Source: Candidatus Fraserbacteria bacterium (GTDB taxonomy: Bacteria > Bipolaricaulota > Bipolaricaulia > RBG-16-55-9). From it: a stretch of DNA of 19,714 bases. The stretch spans positions 1 to 19,714 of the forward strand of contig JBBIPG010000043.1 of NCBI GenBank assembly GCA_037442925.1, written 5' to 3'. Positions 16,841-19,714 of the stretch are shown here, in pieces. The position numbers and the translations under genes were made by a program. How positions within the stretch are numbered: position 1 is the first letter of the stretch; every line of letters starts with the position of its first letter. The notes under the pieces were generated by a model, which was given only the letters and a program-made list of their open reading frames with translations, searched no databases and was not told where the DNA came from.

Positions 16841-17854
16841 ATGACAAATGCATTGGTGACAGGGGCCACTGGACTGGTCGGTAGCCACCTAGTCGAACGG
16901 CTCGTCGAACGAGGAGATCGGGTGCGAGCGCTCGTTCGCACCAACCGTCTACCAGATTTCCTCCAAGATCAAAGCATCGAGATCGTTACTGGCGAGCTGT
17001 CCGATTGGGCTTCCCTCGAAAGGGCTGTGGAAGGCGTGGAGGTCATCTACCACTGTGCGGCGCGGCCACCCCTGGGAGGTACTTCCCAGGAGTTTTATAG
17101 TGATAACGTCAAGGGCACAGAGAATCTGCTGGAGGCAGGGTTACAAGAAGGGGTCGAGAGGTTGGTTCATGTAAGCACCGTGGACGTATATGGCTACAGC
17201 CATCATGATGGAACGGATGAGCGTGCACCCTACAAAGCAGATGGTCTGTATTCGTGGTCCAAGATCGAAGCCGAGCGGATCGTCATGCGATACTACGAGC
17301 GACATCATCTGCCCGTCTCTATCGTCCGGCCTTGCCTGATCTATGGCCCTCGCGACCGCCATCTGCTCCCCACTGTGCTCCAATTGATCTCGCGAAAACA
17401 CGCCCCCCTCATCCGTGGAGGACGTGTGCTCTTGGATCTCGTCTATGTGGAAGATGTGGCAGAGGCTCTGTGTTTAGCAGGGACGATGCAGGCGGCTATC
17501 GGCCAAATCTATAACATCACGGATGGGGTTCGTCACACCTTGCGTGAGGTCGTTCAGTTTTGTGCTCGTGCGGTGGGACGGGCGCCCCAGTATGTCAACT
17601 TGCCGTATTCGTTGGCCTATGGCACGGCGCTGATCGTCAGTGGGCTAAGCTCCTGGCTGAAGTTCTCGACTCTACCGATCTTGCGCTGGGAGGTCATTAA
17701 AGCGATGGGACATCACCGCCACTTTGACATTTCCAAAGCCATCCAAGAACTGGGGTATCGACCGCAGGTCCCTTTGAAGAAGGGGCTGCAGCTCACACTG
17801 GAATGGTATCGTTCTCAAGAATCTCAATCCGTTAAGAGGTTCGTTCGGGGCTGA
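16841..17854 (+). CDS. NAD-dependent epimerase/dehydratase (extended SDR, 3-beta-HSD-like)
   Basis: TGATGLVG, HCAA, NVKGT, HVST, YSWSK, RPCLIYGPRD, YVEDVA. Confidence 0.92.
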   Translation: MTNALVTGATGLVGSHLVERLVERGDRVRALVRTNRLPDFLQDQSIEIVTGELSDWASLERAVEGVEVIYHCAARPPLGGTSQEFYSDNVKGTENLLEAGLQEGVERLVHVSTVDVYGYSHHDGTDERAPYKADGLYSWSKIEAERIVMRYYERHHLPVSIVRPCLIYGPRDRHLLPTVLQLISRKHAPLIRGGRVLLDLVYVEDVAEALCLAGTMQAAIGQIYNITDGVRHTLREVVQFCARAVGRAPQYVNLPYSLAYGTALIVSGLSSWLKFSTLPILRWEVIKAMGHHRHFDISKAIQELGYRPQVPLKKGLQLTLEWYRSQESQSVKRFVRG

Positions 17855-17866
17855 AGTCATAGCGTA

Positions 17867-17896
17867 TTGACAACGGGTATCCTCTTGGGATATATT
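17867..17896 (+). promoter_or_regulatory. sigma70-type promoter with no credible downstream CDS
   Basis: TTGACA (17867-17872), 18-bp spacer, TATATT (17891-17896). Confidence 0.65.
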
Positions 17897-17902
17897 GTAT
17901 GG

Positions 17903-18032
17903 TTGGGGCTTGGCTTGCAGCCTCGAACCGCGTCCTCAAAAATCACACCCTGCCCGGGCCAAGCCCTCTTCGCTTGTGGGAAGGCTTGCTAAGAGCTAAT
18001 CACAACCTCCCATCGAAAAACAACCGAAGGAA
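17903..18032 (+). ncRNA. Candidate small structured RNA (family unknown)
   Basis: Starts at the predicted TSS; stem GGGGCTTGGCTT-GCAG...CTGC-CCG-GGCCAAGCCCT; second stem TGGGAAGGCTTG...CAACCTCCCA. Confidence 0.4.
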
Positions 18033-18043
18033 GATCGAAATCA
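18011..18043. repeat. Degenerate 11-bp-period direct repeats
   Basis: CATCGAAAAAC | AACCGAAGGAA | GATCGAAATCA; the last unit is identical to a unit at 18730-18740. Confidence 0.55.
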
Positions 18044-18051
18044 GGTGGATT

Positions 18052-18660
18052 CTACTTCTCGGAACTCGGTGGGAATCCGCCGGGTTCACCTACCCGGACC
18101 CTCAGGGCCAGTAGGCCTCCTACTGCGGTCAGCTCCTTCTCCCGACCCTTGGCCGCGCTGAGGAAGGCGAGCGCTTGACGCATCTCCCATTGGGCTGCGT
18201 CCAGCTGCGTTTGATCGAGGGCCTTCAGGGTATGAGCAATCGCTTGTTCCAGATATAGTGAGATGTTCTGCAAAGCGTTTTCAAGCCCCACGCGGGTCTC
18301 CTCAGTGGCTCCTCGGATCTCCGGGGCTTGGCGGATCTCTTGGACATAGTTGAGCACTCCAACGCCATCTCCGGGGTCACTATAGGAAGGATCATAGTTT
18401 GGTCCCCTAAGTCCTTCCAGCACATTGAGTACAGCATGGGCATGAGGTTTCAGATCCTCCAGCGGGAACCTCACATGAGCGAATACCGCTTGCTCGATGG
18501 CCAAATCGAGTTGCTCGATGGCCTTGATGATCACATCCGCTGTGGCCGGGTTGGAAGCCCCGGAAGGTTGAATCGCCGCCGCAGAGAACAGCAACAGAAC
18601 GAAGAGGACCAACACCGTCCCCTTGCGGGCCTGGTCTCCTTCGAGTTTGGTTCTTATCAT
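18052..18660 (-). CDS. Secreted/periplasmic helical hypothetical protein
   Basis: RBS GGGAGGG before ATG 18660 (preferred to 18699); signal peptide; HAHAVLNVLEG...DPGDGVGVLNY segment. Confidence 0.8.
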   Translation of the reverse strand: MIRTKLEGDQARKGTVLVLFVLLLFSAAAIQPSGASNPATADVIIKAIEQLDLAIEQAVFAHVRFPLEDLKPHAHAVLNVLEGLRGPNYDPSYSDPGDGVGVLNYVQEIRQAPEIRGATEETRVGLENALQNISLYLEQAIAHTLKALDQTQLDAAQWEMRQALAFLSAAKGREKELTAVGGLLALRVRVGEPGGFPPSSEK

Positions 18661-18707
18661 ACTATCCACCCTCCCTATAGCATATACCAGAAACCCCAAC
18701 AGTAGAC

Positions 18708-18750
18708 CATAGAAACGGGATCGAAATCGGATCGAAATCAGATCGAAATC
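18708..18750 (-). repeat. Tandem 11-bp direct repeats (3 perfect GATTTCGATC + 1 degenerate); putative OmpR/PhoB-type operator
   Basis: Minus strand reads GATTTCGATC-T-GATTTCGATC-C-GATTTCGATC-C-CGTTTCTATG, followed by a TACTGT -10-like hexamer. Confidence 0.75.
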
Positions 18751-19676
18751 TTATAGCCATGTCCGCGAACGTTCTCAATCAGATCGGGTTGTACCCCATT
18801 CTCTCTCAGCCGTTTTCGGAGCAGATAAATGTAGTGAGTGGTATCCTTACGTGTCATCGAGCGATCCTCTGGCCAGAGCTCACGGCGGATCTCTTCCTCA
18901 GAGAAGACTCGTCCGGGCTGGGAGGCCAGAAATCGGATCAGGCAATACTCCTTGGGGGGAAGAGTGAGTGAGTGCCCGTCATCTGTGATGATCATCTTTT
19001 GTGAGTCATCGATCAGGAAGCCATTCAGGCGTACGACGGCGGGCGACAGATCGGGCATGATCCAAGCTATGGCTGGGGCTTCTTCCGGAGAAGAGCTCGT
19101 TTCCGTGCGATGACGGGTTCGCCACAAGAGCCAAGCAGCCAGCAACAGGCTCAGGCCCAGTAGAGCAGCGAGGCTAACCCCAGCAACAAACGCTGTCTCT
19201 TGCAGGATTCCCCAAAGGACCGTATTCAGGGAGACCCCTACGCGGATGTAACCATGGGAGTCCGAGAGAGGGGTAATGGTATCTACCAGTAGAAGCCCGT
19301 CGGTCCAGAGGCGTTGGGTCTGAGGCCGTAGCTGATCTGTTCCTAAAGGTTCGAGATCCAGATTCAGGACCTCAGGGCTGCGTATGTCTACTCGCACCTC
19401 TCCTTGATGGACGAATTGGGCATAGTGGACAGAACCGAAGGCGATCTTCTGCAGTTGGTTGCGGATCTTCTGCTCGTCCTCGTGGTTGCTGGCAAGGCTC
19501 TCAACGACCGTTTGAGCCAGCAACTGTGCTTGTGCCGTACCCGCTGTCATCAGCGTAGACCAGCTGCGATAGAGATAGAGTCCATCGAACAGAAGGATAA
19601 GGAGAAGAATGACACCCAAGGATCGCCAGAAGGTGCGATTTCCGCACACAGCGCTCCTGCGCGGCTGCTTCAGCAA
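18738..19676 (-). CDS. Membrane-bound one-component regulator: TM-sensor-TM fused to a C-terminal OmpR/PhoB winged helix
   Basis: TTG start after GGGAG; two TM helices flank a ~120-aa loop ending GYIRVGVS; C-terminal LTLPPKEYCLIRFLASQPGRVFSEEEIRRELW...HYIYLLRKRL...IENVRGHGYK (Trans_reg_C). Confidence 0.88.
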   Translation of the reverse strand: MLKQPRRSAVCGNRTFWRSLGVILLLILLFDGLYLYRSWSTLMTAGTAQAQLLAQTVVESLASNHEDEQKIRNQLQKIAFGSVHYAQFVHQGEVRVDIRSPEVLNLDLEPLGTDQLRPQTQRLWTDGLLLVDTITPLSDSHGYIRVGVSLNTVLWGILQETAFVAGVSLAALLGLSLLLAAWLLWRTRHRTETSSSPEEAPAIAWIMPDLSPAVVRLNGFLIDDSQKMIITDDGHSLTLPPKEYCLIRFLASQPGRVFSEEEIRRELWPEDRSMTRKDTTHYIYLLRKRLRENGVQPDLIENVRGHGYKISI

Positions 19677-19714
19677 TCGTCTCCCTCTCCCTTGCCAGCG
19701 CCTTTCATTCCCCG

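Noticed and set aside
17899..18114. 71-aa ORF, or SRP RNA / tRNA / T-box identity for the structured region
   Set aside because: The ATG is only 2 nt after the -10 and has no RBS. The SRP core (CAGG..CCGGAAGG..GCAGC), a cloverleaf and the T-box GGTGGNACC motif are all absent.
18719..18750. CRISPR array
   Set aside because: The units are 11 bp with no spacers, and no cas genes are present.
2935..19113. Numerous antisense or frame-shifted ORFs of 60-195 aa overlapping the main genes
   Set aside because: These are shadow ORFs typical of GC-rich coding DNA, with no motifs, and they lie almost entirely within better-supported CDSs.

Overview
Bacterial, gene-dense window rich in envelope and secretion functions. 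The style of the PKD/CARDB/DUF4384 proteins suggests Bipolaricaulota/Acetothermia, but this is a guess. (1) 1-2640 (+): a sigma70 promoter and c-di-GMP-I riboswitch precede two paralogous Tat lipoproteins, each ending in a hydrophobic six-Cys hairpin, with a membrane-protein gene between them. This resembles an undescribed riboswitch-controlled toxin/bacteriocin precursor cassette. (2) 2679-2845 (+): an unannotated, probably leaderless 43-aa membrane protein. (3) 10979-2851 (-): an ECF sigma and a CBM48-like anti-sigma head a cluster with a secreted helical protein, a DUF4384-PKD protein, a protein carrying a free-standing copy of the protease propeptide, and a 1270-aa S8 subtilase. (4) 11133-17854: PKD/TolB-like lipoprotein, lnt, CcdA-like protein, SDR, M20 peptidase and extended SDR. 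(5) 17867-19676: an orphan promoter with a candidate sRNA, a secreted protein flanked by 11-bp phased repeats, and a membrane sensor fused directly to an OmpR-type DNA-binding domain. All calls come from reading the sequence by eye; no database search was run.
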